This document shows positions 60,919 to 64,000 of a stretch of DNA of 64,000 bases, piece after piece. Numbering within the stretch: position 1 is the stretch's first letter; each line of letters begins with the position of its first letter. Below the pieces are notes generated by a model. That model was given only the letters and a program-made list of their open reading frames with translations, searched no databases and was not told the origin of the DNA. The DNA is taken from assembly GCF_964355755.1 (NCBI RefSeq), contig NC_092671.1:34854304-34918303 (forward strand). The letters are read 5' to 3'. Source of the stretch: Antedon mediterranea (lineage: Eukaryota; Animalia; Echinodermata). A program made the translations under genes and the position numbers.

Positions 60919-60955
<37 letters not shown>
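58520..60955 (+). mobile_element. 5'-truncated L2/CR1-group LINE (RT domain to 3' end)
   Basis: Open frame from ~58520 (..SRNYKHFNENEF..INW..APLKKKRVRNKTSPWLT). 3'UTR has a short aaaatttgttattttt repeat, aataaa and an (att)n tail. Confidence 0.9.
58747..60699 (+). CDS. LINE reverse transcriptase ORF2 fragment (no endonuclease domain)
   Basis: NYRPISIL, YQSGFR, DLKKAFD, GIPQGSILGP, YADDT, KHLG, LWN motifs; no internal stops. Confidence 0.88.
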   Translation: MRNKTSPWLTDDLVRSMRERDVLKKKASKTNTPEMWAQYKLSKNKVNAEIKKCKKEYFSKQLDTKDSKKIWETLRYIVPAKSINTEISNLKTNDNKLTADSSKIANNLNKYFSKIGPDLAKNIPPEIPRLLIVNNTNQSRDLLKFSFVNQEYIYKQLNALDVSKATGLDELPAKMLKLVIDQIVGPLTYLVNLSLSTSTFPKRWKCAKICPVFKGGDRTEASNYRPISILPILSKIIERVVFDQVYQFINSKNMIYAYQSGFRPNFSTVSSLLNITEDWINDIDCGKYIGLVMLDLKKAFDTVDHTILIDKLKSFNLDVSIINWFKDYLCDRTHLTQVNGVRSDKCYSNCGIPQGSILGPLLFILYVNDLPKHVNSVQISMYADDTALYFASSDINEVLAKINEDLKKIKSWLASNKLSLNVNKTQCMFIGTQQRLAKLANIDLNLNIDNVRLQRVKSCKHLGVVIDEYLLWDKQIDNVKSKVLPGLYYLKKSSNLVPKHVSCLMYNSIISPQFNYCNIVWGRSNKKNTNKLQMLQNRAAKIITKTRKYDSSTQALQNLNWINLNTQLHNNEAKMLYKIFHNQAPPYLNELFTPKLDTYNTRSKDVLKLNKPKTEYKKKSFSYHGASLWNTLKKPMQNATNLNTFKKLLV

Positions 60956-60957
<2 letters not shown>

Positions 60958-63900
60958 TTTATAAACAATGTTTACCTTTTCAGGCGAATCCAAGGGCAAT
61001 CCCTGCCCCACCCCCTAACAAAATGCAATTCAAAAGATAGAACACTTTAAGTTCAGCACTTTATTTTATTAAGCCTTTCTCCTTTCTATCCCCTCCCCTC
61101 ACACTTTCCAGGATTTCAAAATCTTGGATCTGCCGCTGACCTTAATAGTGCATTACTAGTAAACACAGTAGCAGAGTTTCCAAAACGGTAGCGATTTAAA
61201 GAATTTTCTTATAATGCTGTCTATATGCGCTAAAGTGCCGCGAGTAATAAAGTTACCATATAGGCTACTAACCATGATTATGTATACATTACCTATAGGT
61301 CACCTTAAAGGTCAAGTGCTTTTCTCATTGTGTTTTAAACTGTTTCAATATGCTCTTTGAAGTAACCACATAAATGCTTTAAAACGTGTAAGCAATCGAC
61401 AGTAGCAAAGCATATATAGGCCTACTGAGACTTATTGTTGGTTTGTTGAGCGGAGGTGAGCGGGAGGGGGAGGGTTAGGAATTGGTGATGTATGAAACAC
61501 CAAAAATTTTTAATTGCCCATTAAAAGGTGCAATTACAATATTTTCATGAATCAAATGTGCACGTATATAAACCCATTTTGAAATATAGAAGTAGATATA
61601 AATAAAGTTAGTAGATAATACCTAGTTTGTAATACAAAATCAATCTCCCTGTTTGGTTTTGTACATGAATAAATTATGCTACTGTGTGAAACAGGCTTTA
61701 GGGCTTAGTTCTAAGACAAAGTCTAAGACAGTCTTTATATAAATTTGCTTCAGAGTTACTCTAAAGAATTCAGTATCCTATTGATTCACTCTTAAGTCTT
61801 GAACAGCATATTTACCATTAATCTGTTTGCCTATCTTTTGTGTAGTTGCACAATAAGGAGACCCTATAGTGACACCATAGATCCCTTTAGAAACCTTTAA
61901 CAATACTTACACTATTTACACATCTTTCTTATATACCCTTCACATTTTCATTCACTGAGAATTATATATTGATATAAAATCATTTATCTGTACTACTATT
62001 ACCATAAATAGGATACAATAGGCTAGCCTTTATTAGATTCTTGGCTCTTTAAAATAGATTCGAGTTTTTTTTAACTAACGATTCAAACAATAGCTGGTCT
62101 ACGCTTTCAGGTCCAGCAGGCTTGGTTATTTGCACGAGTAGATCGTGACATGGCTTGTCCTGATTGAGCTAGAAAAACTTGGTATGTTAAGTAATGCTTT
62201 TCATGATCTTGTTGTATAAGCGTCTTACTCCAACCGAATCAAAGTTTGTTTAAGAAATGACTATTGATAATGTTTTAAGTCTATTTCATGCCTAGCTTAC
62301 CTGGACAAACCAACAATAACCCGTGCTCTCCAGAGGGAGGGCTTAGATACGAAAAGTTAAAGGTTCCTGGAATACTCCTGTACCATAATGGAGATAAGTA
62401 TGGAATTCCAAGCATTCAAATCCTCCCCTCTCCACCTTAAGGAGACAAATATTAAAGGATATCAACCCAAACCATTGGTCGAGGGTACATATAAACTTTA
62501 CATTTTTTTGTAATGTATTCCTAGTTACGAATAGTAGTAAACTTATTATAAATATCATGCCCATCACAGGGAATTTCATAAAATATAACTCATCCACTTT
62601 AAAAAAAATAGCAACCCCAAACAGACCCTACAACATTTACCTATTCTGGATATTCCATTAACCACCAACACTAATATGTACCAACCTTGCTTTAAAATGA
62701 TTCTGTCAGTGCCATTCAGATGTATTGTATATTTTCCTTGATGTTTATAACTATAGGAATTTGCGGTGAATTCCAATATAGGTCTACTCTCACATAATCC
62801 CAATTTGATCCAACAACTTATCTACAGTATTATATAAAAGCAGTAGCAAAATATACAGTGTAGGCCTACTAATAATAGCATTGTGTAGGTTATTCTATAA
62901 ACTAGGTTTAATTCTGATTACATTTCGTTTAAACAGTAATCTATGCCGGTTACTTACAATGTACTTGAATATTTGAATAATCTCTCAAGTGGATTTCAGT
63001 TGAACTTTGAATGTACATAGAGGGACAATAAATACAAAAATTAGCTCATTCACTTTAGTTTCCCATTGATTTTATTATCATACTGATAGTGGTATAAGCC
63101 CACTCAAATTTGGTGAAGTTTACCGAGTGACCCATCAAGTGACCAAAATGTGGGTCTACATTAAATACAAGGCTTCAAAGCAAAATAACTTTGATGAGTT
63201 TTGTTACTGAAGCTTGCAATGCAATAAGTAATAGGCATATAAGAATGAAGTAATGATGAATTTATTTATTCTTTCAGTTTTATTCGGTTCACTCAAAAAT
63301 ACAAAGACAAACATAACATAGAAAAGATAACAATATTAATAGAACGAACCGAAGAATAACCCAAGAAAGTTTAAAAGAAAACAGTGATGCTTTGTTCTGT
63401 GGCTATATGTTACATGAAGTGAATTTTCTAAGATCCATCTCAGCATACAGTTAAAGGTCAGTGCGGGCAAACAATTTCTATTGATTATACATTCAAATAA
63501 TTATCGATCTATAGTTTCCTCTATGTTTCATAATTTATTTGTGTTACACGAGCCTGTTGGAAATAAGCACCTTCTTATCAGTGGAGGCGGGGTGGGGGGG
63601 GGGGAGAGTTCAAATTACTCAGTAAAATTTCTATTCTTTTGTACACAAATGTTGTGAATAGAATTAATATTTAAAAAACTATGAAAAATAAACAGTGTGG
63701 TAAAAAATGTTGTCAGATGACTAAGGTAATAACTGGAATTTTACGTTTCTAGTATTTTTATTCAACTTCAGAGTTTTATTTTCATGCTATAGCAAAAATT
63801 ATCCACTGTATATCCACCATATTTATTCACCTTCTAGGGAGTCATCGGACATGTTATTACATTGGGTTAAACTACCTAACTACTGAAAAAAAGTCTTCTA

Positions 63901-64000
63901 TTATTCTAGCAGAATTTTTCCAAATTTTGTATTTGACCCTTTTTAAGGGAAATTGATGTTTTTTCGTCTTGATTTCTATTAAAAATATTTGATTTATGTA

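Noticed and set aside
62343-62803. Two minus-strand ORFs
   Set aside because: Fragments (VVNG, KVERGG) resemble a heavily decayed L1/Tx1-like ORF2 rather than a gene; too weak to annotate.

Overview
AT-rich, intron-rich eukaryotic DNA from an invertebrate animal. It looks deuterostome/echinoderm-like, but that is inference from protein similarity and repeat types. The + strand carries the last 28 coding exons of DNAJC13/RME-8 (59-27092), including the J-domain HPD exon and one GC-AG intron. The - strand carries a 16-coding-exon DH-PH RhoGEF (~1294 aa, 36149-51771) convergent with DNAJC13. The most unusual content is a pair of paralogous type-I membrane receptor genes on the - strand, each with a single coding exon. 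One (24150-25514) is nested antisense in the penultimate DNAJC13 intron and has two Ig domains plus a cytoplasmic 66-bp tandem repeat encoding DYMA(M/I) motifs. The other (33963-34739) shares the start context, transmembrane and juxtamembrane sequence but has a very different ectodomain and a short single-motif tail. Non-coding flanks of the two loci are also homologous. Mobile DNA includes a young L2/CR1-group LINE inserted with a TSD into a 49-bp minisatellite, a second 5'-truncated LINE, a 5S-rRNA-derived SINE, a probable non-autonomous Helitron, several MITE families, palindromes and minisatellites. All exon boundaries were read by eye; no database searches were run.
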